Assembly: GCA_963706325.1 (NCBI GenBank)
Contig: CAVPLT010000002.1
Location: forward strand, 1 to 64,000
Origin: an uncultured Nitrospiraceae bacterium
GTDB lineage: Bacteria; Nitrospirota; Nitrospiria; Nitrospirales; Nitrospiraceae
DNA length: 64,000 nt
Direction: 5' to 3'
Position 1 is the first letter of the stretch, and the number at the start of each line of letters is the position of its first letter. Both the position numbers and the translations under genes were made by a program. The notes beneath the pieces are model-generated. The model did no database searches, had not been told where the DNA came from, and worked only from the letters and a program-made list of their open reading frames with translations. Shown here piece by piece: positions 1 through 11,966 of this stretch.

Positions 1-2
1 AG

Positions 3-146
3 CTTGATCTGATTGCCACCGATGCCATTTTTTTTATGTTCCCACCTCTGGCTGCGCTAGAGCTACTTTGGATTCGACTGCTCATGACTCAGCCGTTCCG
101 TTCCCTCAGGACGAACATGATTGTAGCGCTGAAGAAGATCTCGTAG
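3..146 (+). CDS. 3' end of an upstream EPS-locus gene (partial, unknown product)
   Basis: Open frame from the window edge, LDLIATDAIFFMFPPLAALELLWIR...IVALKKIS, ending at TAG 144-146. Confidence 0.4.
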   Translation, partial: LDLIATDAIFFMFPPLAALELLWIRLLMTQPFRSLRTNMIVALKKIS

Positions 147-251
147 AGCGGAGTCGACCATCCTCAGTAATATTTTCCATCATCTATGCAGTGACGAGGC
201 GGGTTTCAATCTATTCAATGTGTAGGCAGCAGTGGAAAGGTTTGAGCTGAC

Positions 252-1595
252 GTGTTGCGCCAAAATCAAGAACGTGCCAATGAGCGGCAGGGATTCTCGC
301 CTGCGGCGCGCCATCAGCCGGCACCTCGAGAGTCGAATCTAGGATTTTATTTGGTGTTGGTGGCCCTAATTTTCGAATTCGGGCGCCCGCAAGATTTTTT
401 GCCTCCCCTAAAGGTTATTCCCTTCCCCTCCCTCATTGATGTGTCCTTAGCGCTGGCGGTAATTTTCTCAGGCAAGTCAAGTTTTGCGAATAAGCAAACT
501 AAGCTATGGATAGGTCTGTTGGTATTCATGACGCTATGGGTGCCATTTGCGAACAACAATTTTAGAGCATTCATGACTCTCAAAGACATGGTGTTATATT
601 TCTGCCTGTATTTCGGAAATGTTACATTCGTCAACACCACCGATAGATGCAGAAGCTCATTCTCACGTGGTTGGGAGTGCATGGCCTTCTTGGAATCAAT
701 GGGATCTTGCATCACGGGCAGGGGGTTGGAGGGTGGCTAGGAGACGAGAATGACTTTGGAATGGAGATGAACGTGGCTATTCCAGTTGCATTCTTCATGT
801 CTCAGGCGGCAAAGAACCAACGAGCCAAGTTGCTATACATAGTTTTGTTGGGTCTCTTTATTCTGTCAGTTGTAGCTAGCTCTTCACGAGGAGCGTTTCT
901 TGGGTTAGTTGCGGTCGCAGTATACTGCTGGTTCTATTCGTCCAAAAAAATCATTTCTCTTTTTTGGGGTATATGTCTCATAGGTCTTGTCCTGATCGCA
1001 GCTCCACAAGAATACTGGGACCGAATTAATTCGATCACGGATGATAGTACGATGGAATCTGGGACGGCTGGGCAGAGAATGTTTACATGGGGAATAGGAT
1101 GGGAAATGTTTTTGGCGAATCCTGTCTTTGGGGTAGGGCAAGGGAACTTTCCATGGACAATTGGGGATTATTTAGGAACTAGGACATGGCAAACCAAGTC
1201 GCTGGCCGGTCGGCAGGCGCACTCGCTCTACTTCACGTTGCTTCCGGAGTTGGGACTGGTTGGCGTAATGATATTTGGAGCGATGATCTACTCCAATTAT
1301 AAGGACACGAGAGTTAAGCAATTCACTGCGCACAGGTCGCGGGTGAGCAAGGCAACAGGATTCAAAGTAGAAGCCGATCGTCAGCTCTATTGCCCGCCTG
1401 CACGGCAACGCCATCTTGGGAGGCATGATCGGTTACCTTGTGACCAGCACTTTCATATCAACACTTTATTATCCCACCTTCTGGATCATGATGGCGCTGG
1501 CCGTGGCCCTCCGGAATACAACTCAGGCATATAGAGGTAACCAACCAGAAGCTGCCTTAAGGTTTCCCCGTGGAGAACGGGTAGCCCCGTGCTAA
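252..1595 (+). CDS. O-antigen ligase/Wzy-like polymerase (split by about 2 frameshifts)
   Basis: ORFs 252-740 and 647-1534 plus an alternate-frame tail (GNAILGGMIGYLVTSTFISTLYYPTFW); multi-TM; SSRGAFLG, GVGQGNF and AHSLYFTLLPELGLVG motifs typical of Wzy_C. Confidence 0.85.
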
Positions 1596-1726
1596 GAGAG
1601 CCACGCAGTTGAGCTGCCTGGTGATCAACGGGTGTACAGGAATGTCTCGAAATATGGTGCCCAGCTATGGCTATGCGTATCAGTCTGGGAATTTGAAATG
1701 TCCAGATCGGAAAGATCAAGAAGCGC

Positions 1727-3080
1727 ATGGCTGATATCTCGCCAATTGCTCATGAAAAGTGGTGGGTATGATCGGAAGACGTTTATTGCTCAGTGCCATT
1801 TTTCTCTTGCTCATCCGCATCGCGCTCATTATATGGGGAGGGCAGTATGAGGCACCTGGGGGTGACCAACTCGCGTTTTATTTAGGCGCACAGCAGCTCA
1901 CCCATTCATCAGCGAATGGGTGAAGGCGGGGGGTGAGTTTGGATATCGAGCCCCGATGTATTTTGTGTATCTCGCCGCGGTATTCGACGTGGTTCCCCAG
2001 GCAACGTTCCTGACCGGCCAGATCGCCACCGCGATTATCGGGGTATTCAATTGTGTGTTAGTTTGCCTTGGTCCGCAACTTGAGCGGGGATTCAGTGGGC
2101 AGGTTCGGATTCTGGCTTCGAGGGCTCTTGCCCTCTTATGTGCTCGCTGATACGTTCGTTATGAGTGAGCCATTGTTCGCCGTTTTTGCTTCTTGCTATT
2201 CTCGTGATCATTTCGGTGAGACTCGCCAGTCCCGGCAATCGTCAGGCCCATCGCCTCGGATTTTTTGTCGCCTGTTGTCTGCTTACAAGAGAAGTTGCAA
2301 TTGTTTTTCCCATTATATTTGGTGGGTACCTGCTCATAGTTTCCCATTCACGATTGGATGGGGCGAGGCAGGCTGCGCTGTTTACTACGGCAATTTTACT
2401 GACACTCAGTCCTTGGATGGTGAGAAATATCATCGTGTGGGGACAGCCGCTGCCCATCAGCTACACCTCAGGGGTCAACTTACACATAGGTAATAACTCA
2501 GAAGCCACCGGAAAATGGATTCGTTTCCCAGACGAATTGGAACGGGCTGAGCTAGGTTTTGGTACTCCACAGTCTGATGCCTGGCATCGAAGAGAAGCTC
2601 TCAGATACATCCAGAAAGATCCACTTCATTTTTTGGAGCTGGGATTTAAGAAAGTGGCATGGTTGCTCTGGCCAAGATTTGAGCGCGAAGAAATCAAAGA
2701 GTTGTATAAGTTGCCGTCTATGCAGGCGACTTTGGTGAGTGGTCTCGTAGGGCTCTTGAATGCCGGTGTCATAATTGCGGGGAGCGCAGGCCTTGTGTTC
2801 GCAAAGCGTGATTGGTTTTGGTGGATCAGTCTGACTCTTATCACGTATACCATCTTTGTTACCTTTATTGTGTATGGCTCTCCACGCTATCGGGATGCCA
2901 TTGACTATCTGCTACTGGTCTTTGCTGTGAATGCAGCCACGGTGGCGTTCAGTTTGGATAAACGTGCAGACAACAGGCTCGGTGGCACGCAAACAACTCT
3001 CAGTTCTGGTGCTTGTGTTTTCCTACATTTTGATTAATTGGATGTGGATTGCATATGGCATGACCGGTTCGAGTCATTAA
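1727..3080 (+). CDS. ArnT/PMT-like (GT-C) membrane glycosyltransferase, frameshifted
   Basis: Fragments 1920-2150, 2068-2493 and 2165-3037 carry YRAPMY, MSEPLF, LTRE, PWMVRN, GVNLHIGNN and PRYR motifs with many TM helices. Confidence 0.65.
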
Positions 3081-3145
3081 TGACGCGGTCTTTTAGTGCC
3101 AAGCTGGGAGCGGGTCGATGGCTCTTGTCGTAAGGATTCAAGAAT

Positions 3146-4285
3146 ATGCTCGGTGGGCACACTGTCAAAACAATTCTGTACCTCTCGACTAGCAGTGGCC
3201 CTGGCGGTGCTGAGCGGGTGATTAGCAATTTGGCTGCCTCGCTGGATCCAGAGAGATATCGAGCGATTCTATGTCTGTTTCGTGCCGGGCTGGATCCAGG
3301 AACGCAGTGAGAGTCGAGGCGTGCGTACATACGTCATTCCGACGCACGGCATGGCAGATTGGCGATGGGCGCTTCAATTTAGACGACTGCTGCGACAGGA
3401 GCGGGTGGATTTGATTCACGCCCACGAGTTTGATGCCAATGTGCAAGGGGCCGTTCGTTGCGAGCGCTATCCGGTATTCCACTTGTCGCGACCGTCCATG
3501 GGAAAAACTACTTCTGGGAAAGACTCAGGCGTCGTTTGGCCTATCGATGGGTGAGCCGCCGGGCAACCATGGTGGCCGTGTCTAAGAACCTGAAGCAATT
3601 CATCGTTGAGAAAGTCGGGGTTTCCCCGGATCGCATCAAGGTTGTGTATAACGGTGTGGATGCGCTGCCATACTGTGAAGCGTCTGAGGTGAGCCGGTGT
3701 AGAAGGGAGTTGGGTATGCCCGAAGGTGACCACATAGTAGGGGTTGTGGGCAATCTGTACCCCGTGAAGGGACATCAGTATTTGATCGAAGGTATTCCAG
3801 CCGTTTTGCAGACATGTCCCAATACGTCTTTTGTGTTCGCCGGGAGAGGCGAACTGGAAACACAGTTGAAGGAGCAAGTACATCGGCTTGGATTGGACAA
3901 GCGAGTACATTTTCTCGGCCTGAGGCAAGACATCCCGAGAATTCTTGCACTGCTCGACGTGTTCGTACTTCCCTCGCTTTCGGAGGGACTCTCGATGGCA
4001 ATACTCGAGGCGATGATTGCCGGGAAACCCGTGGTGGCGACGCAGGTGGGCGGGAATCCTGAACTCGTAGTCGAGGGAGAAACAGGGTTTCTCGTCCCGC
4101 CTCGAGACAGTCATGCCTTAGCATCGAGAGTGGCAACATTATTGACGAACAAGCAGCAAGCAGTTCAGTTTGCGGAGCAGGGGAGACGCCGCGCCGAAGG
4201 ACAGTTCAGTTTGGCCAGCATGGTTGAAGCCTACCAAATGCTGTACGAGCAGTGCCTTCAATCAAAGGCAATGATCTCCTCGTAG
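3146..4285 (+). CDS. Glycosyltransferase family 4, frameshifted
   Basis: ATG 3146 MLGGHTVKTILYLSTSSGPGGAERV, DLIHAH, then ORF 3458-4285 with KGH and PSLSEGLSMAILEAM (EX7E). Confidence 0.9.
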
Positions 4286-4338
4286 AGTTCAATCCCAGGC
4301 GAACCTATACCATCTTCGTAATAGCATAATGAAGCGCA

Positions 4339-5492
4339 ATGCATGAGTTCCCCACACAGATTCCGGCGATCAAGGTTTGTCATGTGGCAATGGGGGACCT
4401 CTGGGCAGGAGCAGAGGTTCAGCTGCTCGCGCTCATGAAATATCTGATCCGACTGCCCGGATTCGAATGGACTGTGATTTTGTTCAATGAGGGAAAGCTC
4501 GCCGATGAACTTCGGAGGCTTCCCGTTCTCGCTCACGATCATTCCAGAGAATGAGCATGGCCCCATCAGCATTGCCTATCGTCTCGGGAAACTGTTTAGG
4601 ACAGATTCGTCCGGATATTGTCCATACGCACAAGTATAAAGATTCCATCCTTGGGTCTGTCGTCGCACGATTTCTTGGAATACCCCGGGTGGTTAGAGTG
4701 GTGCATGGGATGCCGGAGCCATTCAAAGGGCTTAAAAACTTAAAGATGGCCGGATACACGCTTGCAGATAGGTTTGTGACTCGCCGGTTCGTCGACAAAG
4801 TCGTCGCCGTGTCATCCGACATTGAGAAGCCTCTAGCTCAGATGTATGGAGCTGATCGTGTCGTATGTATTCATAATGGAATCGATCTCGAAACGGTCCA
4901 CGCCACCACGCCAGAGGTCGGTGAAACGGAAGGAGTGGAGAATCGACGACAAAGTGGTCTTAATAGGGACAGTGGGTCGATTGGTTCCAGTGAAGGGTCA
5001 TTCCATTTTAATTGAAGCGTTGAATATCCTTCACAAGTCGAATCCTGATGTGTTGTTGCTACTTGTTGGAGAGGGTCCACTGCGTGGTCATCTTGAAGCA
5101 GTGGTCAAACGGCTGGGCTTGGAACGAGCAGTGATATTCGCAGGCCACCAAGAGCAGTCCTATGATTTTATCAATATGATGGATTTCTTCGTGTTGTCGT
5201 CTTTGCACGAGGGAGTTCCGATGGTTTTGCTGGAGGCACTCGCCCTGAAGCGGCCGGTGATTGCCAGTGGGGTGGGAGGGATTCCGGAAGTGGTGGCGCA
5301 TGGAGTATCTGGGATGTTGGTGGGCCGGCGAATGCCACCGAGCTTGCGGCGGCCCTCGTGGAGATGATTCAAGACAGGGTGAAGGCTGCGGCATTCGGCA
5401 GCGCGGGACGGGGACAGGTCGAACGCGAGTTTAATGCGAGCCTGATGGCAGATCGCACGGCTGCGATGTACGAGTCCTTGTGGAACCGTTAA
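4339..5492 (+). CDS. Glycosyltransferase family 4, frameshifted
   Basis: ORFs 4339-4554 (WAGAE), 4551-5015 (PDIVHTH) and 4846-5367 (VGRLVPVKGH, EGVPMVLLEAL); tail ends at TAA 5490-5492. Confidence 0.9.
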
Positions 5493-5493
5493 C

Positions 5494-6735
5494 ATGCGTA
5501 TTCTCTGGCTTGGACATAATCTCGCCTATCCGCCCAAGGGGGGACCTCTTCAACGGAATTATAATCTACTGCAGGGAGGCGGCTAAGCACCATGAAGTGC
5601 ATACTCTAGTGTTCGATCAACCGGCATCAAGACCCCCGGGCGTCACCACGCAGGATTGTGTGAATGCTTTGTCGAAGTTCTGTGCCAGTGTGTGCTGGCT
5701 GCCACTCCCGAAAGACTTGCTCGGCATCGGTCGCTATTGGCGTGCATTCGGGGGATTGGTAACGGGCGAGCCATACGAATTTCGATGGTTACGGTCCAAA
5801 GAGATGGCGCGACGTCTTCAACGTCTGGCGAGCCGTTTCCGTTTCGATGTGGTACATGTTGACACGCTGGGCCTAGCTCCATATGTCTCCTTGGTTCCTC
5901 ATGCCGGCACGGTGCTGAATCATCACGATATCGAATCGGCGCTGGTCCAGCGGAGAGCCGACAGTGAGCGCAGTCTGGTCTGGCGTAAATTCTGGTCGTA
6001 TGAAGCGGCGCATTTGCTTGCTGCAGAACGCCGCTGGTGCCCATCGTTTCACGTTAATATGGTGGTGTCAGACGATGAGGGACAGTTGGTGAAACCATCG
6101 TGCGGAGAGAGCAAGATCTGTGTGGTTCCCAATGGTGTCGATGTCGAATATTTTACGCCGCGTCCGGATCCCGGCGGGAACAGGTTGTTATTTTGCGGAC
6201 GTCTTGACCAGCTTGCGAACAAGGGCGCAATCACCTATTTCTTCAATTCCATTTGGCCTGAATTGTCCAGCAGAGTGCAGAATCTTGAAATCGATGTGGT
6301 CGGAAAGAATCCTCCAGCCTGGCTGTTGGAGTTGAGCCAGCGCGATCCGCGTGTGCATGTTCCTGGTTTTGTGGATGATGTGCGCCCGTATTTTCAGAAA
6401 GCGACGGTATTCGTCTGTCCTATCACGCGACGGTGGAGGGACGCGTTTAAAAATTCTCGATGCCTTGGCCATGGGTATGCCGGTGGTGAGTACGACCTTT
6501 GCTGCCTCAGGTCTTGGGTTAACAGACAAAAGGCATTTATTACTTGCCGATGAACCTCACGAGTTCGTTGCGAGAACCATGGAGATCTTGTCCGATAAGG
6601 CTCAGAGAGGGACTATCTAATTGCGGAAATAAAATTGCAAGAGAGAAATTTTCGTGGAATGTGATAGGTCAACAATTGTTAGATGCCTACGAAAGTGCTA
6701 GGTTTCTGAGCACGCAAGATGCCAGCATTGGTTAG
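5494..6735 (+). CDS. Glycosyltransferase family 4 (type found in EPS/PEP-CTERM loci), frameshifted
   Basis: ATG 5494 MRILWLGHNLAYPPKGG; VVPNGVD, GGGTRLKILDALAMG and FSW motifs spread over several frames. Confidence 0.85.
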
Positions 6736-7227
6736 AACACCTACTGCCAAATTTGTCACTAGTTCACTCACGGCCGAACAAAGCAGTAATTAGAGTGAAT
6801 GGTTTCAGAGTCTCCTCTTTTCTCACAAGCATCGTTGTCGGAGGCTTTGTGAATAAGAAATTTTGATCGGTTTTCCTGAACGTCCATTAGTCTGCGCTGA
6901 CCAGGGCACACGCTACATGCTGGCGTATCCATGACCTAAGCTCGGAGATTCACGCAGCCTCGCAGCTCTTCTTTAGATAACCGTCTGCAGTTATTTTATT
7001 GATAAAAGCACACGTAACAAGTACCAAATCTGGTCAACTTGCCCTGAGGACGATTCGTATAAAAATATTCTCGTGAAATTAAGCATACGCTTTGAAGTCC
7101 AACGAGCAGGTGATTGAGGAAACCATTCACCCCTAGAGCTGATCCCCTGTGAGGAGTACAACTGTGCCTGGAGTAGACCATCTATGGAATGCCTGCCTGA
7201 GCAGATGATGGAATGTTGGAGATTAAC

Positions 7228-9403
7228 ATGGATTTGAAAGGGTTATTTGTTTCATTGTTGATCAACATCGTGCCTTCGTCATTACGCCCCGCACGGTGGA
7301 ATTCCCACCAGTATGCGTCCATTGCGCAAAGGCTAGAAGGTCGGCGCAAAGAAATCATCTCAGGTTGGTACGATACAAACTTTTGCCCACAACGTTTAAA
7401 CCAATTCTGCATTGAGGGGGTTGGAGATATTAGCCCGACGAAATTAAGCAGGCATTTTTAGATCCTCTATTTAGTTTGCTTATAGAATATCTTCGTACCG
7501 ACGAAAAGGTATACCGGGACCTCTATCTGGATGAACGTCTACGCTATGCACCACATAAAGCAGCCCCTGAGGTGCGCCAAAAATTTTTTAAGCATCTTTT
7601 AAAAGACGACGAGGCCATTCTACTGAAATATGAGGACACTGGAAGCGAAGTAACTAGATCTATGCAGGCCAAATTGGATGAAATTCATGCGCCACTGCTG
7701 GGTCGAGCCATCTGAAAATCCGCTGCGGCTTCTTGCGGTCGGCGACTGCCTCATGAATGAAATTCGCGTATTCCTGCCGTCTCGTTGTCGAGATATGGGA
7801 ATTGAGCTTGACATGCGCTGCCTGTATTTCAGTGCATTAATGGGGAAAAATCTGCCCACTGAACAAGTTGTACGTTTTCTTGAAGCAACACCAATCGACC
7901 TCATTGCAGTAAGCTTTTTGAGCTACGAAGGCCTGCCTCTGTATCGTTCCCTCATGCTTGAGGCCGACACCCTTTCGAAAGAAGCGATTGTAGGCCGCAT
8001 AAGTGGGCTCGTGGCTGTAATGAGTCGGTTTCTTGAAGATCTGCGCGTACAGACGGAAGCTCCATTTCTTCTTCACAATGTGAGTGGCCTTCCGCTGATG
8101 CGTTGGCGGAAGCGGCTTGGATTTCTGGCACCGTTCTCGTCTGCGCAGCAGGCCGTGCTTAATGAGATGAATCGCGCCATCGAGGAATTGGCTAGGCATA
8201 CCACTAACTGTATTGTCCTCGACGAAGCGAAAGTTGCGAATGGCCATGGTCATCGGCAATGCCAAATGAGCGCGGTTCCAAGACACCTTGCAGCGCGTGC
8301 CTTATTCCATACAAGCAAGTTCGGGGCTCTCCTATGCTCTCCATACGAAGAGATCTTGCGGTCATACCAACATCTGAAGAAGACCAAGGTCCTTCTACTG
8401 GATTTCGACAACACTCTATGGGACGGTGTAATGGCTGAAGGAGTTGTCAAGCACCATACCGAGCGGCAGCAACTTCTCCGCACACTGAAAGATTCCGGTA
8501 TCCTGCTGGTAGCTGTAAGCAAGAACGATCCCAAGAATATCCGTTGGGGCGAGATGGCGCTAAGTCCTGACGATTTCGTCCTGCAAAAGATCAGTTGGAA
8601 ACCAAAGGTCAGTTCCATTCAGGAAGTAGCAGTCGAACTTGATCTCGGCCTTGACTTCATTCGTGCTAATAGATGATAGCCCCGAGGAGCGGGGATTGGT
8701 ATCGTCACAACTTGCGAAAGTCTGTGTGCTCGATTCCCAGGACCCATTTACCTGGCACGCACTGGGCTATCTCTTGCAATTCCCGAATACAAAACAGACT
8801 GAAGAGGCTAGGTCTCGAACGGCGCTCTATCGGGCGCAGGCCCAACGTCGTGAGACGCTCAACCCCGAATTAGACTATCCGGCCATGATGGCATCCCTAA
8901 GTTTATGTGCCAAGGTTGGTTTAGCCAAAGCCGAAGACCTAGACCGCATCGCGGAATTGGTGCAGCGTACGAACCAGTTCAATACCACGACGATACGGTA
9001 TTCGAAGGCTAAACTAGAGTCCTTCATTACGAGTGCTACTCACCAATTGTATGTCTCAGAACTCTCGGACAAATTTGGTGCGCTGGGATTGGTGGCGGTT
9101 GTGGTCATTGAGCTGAGAGACGGTGCTGCTGTATTTGAGTCCTTTGTGATGAGCTGCCGAGCGATGGGGTTTGGCCTGGAGCAGCTTCTACTTCGTTATG
9201 TCGTAGATCGGCTGGCGCATGTTCCTTATTTTGTCGGACGTTTCATACCGACGGATCGTAATGGCCCAGCAATGTTTTTATTTTCTGAGGCCGGCTTCAA
9301 GTCTTATGGAACGCACGAGTGGATTTTAAAGCAAGACTCTCCAAAACCGCAGAGCCCGACATGGTTTACCGTCATCCCTCGAGTGGAGGGTACCGTTGTC
9401 TAA
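7228..9403 (+). CDS. FkbH-like HAD-IIIC phosphatase/acyltransferase with N-terminal extension, frameshifted
   Basis: GGAG RBS before ATG 7228; KVLLLDFDNTLWDG (HAD DxDxT), VSKN, W-PK, IDDSPEE, QRTNQFNTT, DKFG and FVMSCRAMG motifs across ORFs 7213-7461, 7476-7715, 7678-8676 and 8639-9403. Confidence 0.85.
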
Positions 9404-9523
9404 TAATATTTTATGAGGCTACCTGTATGAGACATCTCGCTTGAGGTAGTCGACTCTGGAGCATTCGTGCAAGTTCAGTAGTAATTACTTCTTGACGTGG
9501 CGCTACTGTATCAACGGACGGCA

Positions 9524-10265
9524 TCAGAAATTGGAAAAATAGTTGAATGGGGGCTCCCAGCTCTCGCGCTTCTCGAAATACCGATCCTGTGTCGGTGCAT
9601 TGACGATTCGGCGAGCAATGGAAGTGGCGATGTTGCGTGCCTGATAGACCGGCGAAAGTCCCGAATCGATTTCGATATACTTACGGTGCCGCAAAACGAA
9701 TTTAATGACCTTGTGAACGCTTGGCCAGCCTGCATCATTAAAGGAGACCACACCGCGCTCGGCTAACATCTTATCTATATAAAAAAAGTCAAGTAAAGCG
9801 TACTCGAAAGTATGCCAGCCGTCGATATAGGCGAAGTCGAGTTGGACACCAGACTGCAACAATTTCGGTAAAGCTAAATAGTTTGGCTCTTCCACAAGTG
9901 TGTGTTGAGATGAAAAGCCGCAACGTTGCACGTTTGCTAATCCAGCTCCTTTCCATTCGCCTGCCACTTGATTGGGGTCTACTGAAATTAGCGAACCAGT
10001 GCCCAGATCAGTTCAGGGCAGTGAGAATAGCGAGGGATGAAACACCAAACGCCATTCCGACCTCGAGAACCGTTCGGGGTTGCCGTTTCTTAATGAATTC
10101 ATAAAGCGCATTCGCTTCTAGTGCCGACACATTGGAATGCAGCGGGAGTGCCTGGCCATGGGAGTCCTTCACGAATTTAGAGTCAATAATTGTTCGAAGT
10201 ACAGAATTCCTCTCTTCTAACGGCGTCAACTTGCCTGCCCGATCCTTTGTGGTGCGTAATCCCAT
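9524..10265 (-). CDS. Class I SAM-dependent methyltransferase (Methyltransf_24-like), one frameshift near 9990
   Basis: VLEVGMAFGVSS (motif I) in 10008-10265; DFAYIDGWHTF and FND in 9524-9967. Confidence 0.85.
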
Positions 10266-10520
10266 ATGACAACCTCCAAGAAAGACCTTACACAGAGGTG
10301 TGGGTTCGAACGATTGGTAAAGAGCCTAAGTCAATCTTAACCACCTCTGATCTGACCACTTCCTGTTAAAGAGAGCCTGGAAGCGACCCAACTCTGCGCG
10401 GTATGTATCAGTACATCAGCACAGAGTGTATAGGATATTAATATGATTAGGAACAGTCCCGTGCTAAAGGCAGGGTTTTGGGAGGACGAGAGACCGCATA
10501 CGTGCCTCTAAATATTCGGC

Positions 10521-11405
10521 TTAAGGTGTTGTTACGCTCCGCATCGTTGGGCTTGCGGGTGGCCCTGGCGGTTGGTCAGTCGAGGTGTTTCCTCCAGGAA
10601 TAGAAATGTGTAGATGATCGATGTAATGACTCCATTCCACTGATGGGATTGGATTGCTAACTGTACCATCCCAAGTTTCTGTCCATACCCACTCATTTAG
10701 TCCATTACCAGCGTAGTTTAAATTATTGTAATTACCCACGAGCACGCCGTTGACCCACCACCGCAGGACACCATCGCGGGATGTCGCGGTGGTACTTTTT
10801 TTGATATAGGCTTCCAGTTTCGTCCATGTACCGTGTTTGATAGACACACTTCCTACATTGGGGTTGCAGATTAACCCCAAATCAGCAGCGCAGGTATGGC
10901 TGTTATCAAGCGTCGCGGTATTGTGGCCGAAGTATATTGTGCCAGAGCTATCTCCGGGTTTACATCCCAGGCCAAAGAATCCATTTACAGCCGGCCCCTT
11001 CATGAACCACATTTTGTTAGCAGTTGTGCGACATCCGAATTGAGGATTGTTCCGCCACATAAGTCCAACATACATCTGGTCGTTAACCTGGGGTGTCACC
11101 CAATTAAGCTGCGATCCACCAGAAGTGTTGCCAGGATAGATGGTCGATCTCATCACGCCAGGGGGTGATATGGAGGCTGTACTGTCCGAGTCCTGAATAG
11201 ACGACGAATAAACGTCTAAAATTCCGCAAGCGGAAGGAGAGCCGCTAAATGAGCAGTCTTTAACGACTGACGATCCAGCTGGCTCATTCGTCCAGACTCC
11301 TGCGGCGTAGGTTTTTGGAACTGCAACAAGCCCTAAGCACACGGTCATGACGGACAGAATTGTAGTGAACTTCTTGGAGGCGCCAAATCGCGAGTTGCCG
11401 TTCAT
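10521..11405 (-). CDS. Secreted protein, concanavalin/polysaccharide-lyase-like beta-sandwich with a Pro-rich C-terminal tail
   Basis: Signal peptide ending TYA-A; WTKLEAY...DGVLRWWVNG and YIDHLHIS motifs; GGGGAG RBS before ATG 11405. Confidence 0.55.
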   Translation of the reverse strand: MNGNSRFGASKKFTTILSVMTVCLGLVAVPKTYAAGVWTNEPAGSSVVKDCSFSGSPSACGILDVYSSSIQDSDSTASISPPGVMRSTIYPGNTSGGSQLNWVTPQVNDQMYVGLMWRNNPQFGCRTTANKMWFMKGPAVNGFFGLGCKPGDSSGTIYFGHNTATLDNSHTCAADLGLICNPNVGSVSIKHGTWTKLEAYIKKSTTATSRDGVLRWWVNGVLVGNYNNLNYAGNGLNEWVWTETWDGTVSNPIPSVEWSHYIDHLHISIPGGNTSTDQPPGPPASPTMRSVTTP

Positions 11406-11530
11406 GGTTCTCCCCTTATAGGTGGTCAAAATCCTATCGATTTGCAATGTGGTCATCTGACTTATCCGTCCGGCTCCCCCTGCATTGAGGGGAAGCGGTT
11501 TGCTTTTAGGCCGACCTTGACCCGTAGATG

Positions 11531-11547
11531 AGCAAAATCAATGCCCG
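11531..11547 (-). promoter_or_regulatory. Putative sigma54 (-24/-12) promoter
   Basis: Minus strand CGGGCAT-TGATT-TTGCT fits GG-N10-GC (consensus TGGCAC-N5-TTGCW), about 125 nt upstream of ATG 11405. Confidence 0.6.
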
Positions 11548-11888
11548 CATGTTTAGAAACACTGTACCTTACAATAGAGCGTGCAACGTGGCAATTGTTT
11601 CATGATTATTATTTGCTAATGCATCATCAACATGTTCCTGCGCAGGACCTCTGTTCAGTAAACTGTCTGCGTTAAGGTCACACTCGGTCAATATTGTTCC
11701 TATTCTTTGAAATTGACTGAGTAGCCTATCAAGTCAATGGATGATCCCAATGTATTAGTTTGAGAGAGTTTGGCTTAGGCATGCATTTAGTCGATGATTG
11801 CCTGGTGCGCTTGTGAGAAAGCGGGAGCACAGTGGCGGTTAGTGAGGACAGGAATCTACGATGTCTTCGCTCCTCTCGTGAGAAATCG

Positions 11889-11917
11889 TTGACGGACTAG
11901 AGTTATTCTGCCATTCT
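11889..11917 (+). promoter_or_regulatory. Putative sigma70 promoter of the nucleotide-sugar dehydrogenase
   Basis: TTGACG-N17-CATTCT with TGn extended -10. Confidence 0.45.
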
Positions 11918-11966
11918 TTTTTACGGTACCGAGATGGTGGAGAAGTTTACTGACGAGGGGAGCGAC

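Noticed and set aside
6736..7227. Possible acyl carrier protein gene beside the FkbH-like gene
   Set aside because: No ORF with a DSL-type phosphopantetheine motif was found on either strand
10285..10320. GGGTTCGAA suggests a tRNA T-loop
   Set aside because: No T-stem closure, cloverleaf or acceptor stem
11455..11515. Minus-strand GCAAACC...GGACG as a c-di-GMP riboswitch near EPS genes
   Set aside because: Lacks the tetraloop/receptor and downstream consensus; treated only as a leader hairpin
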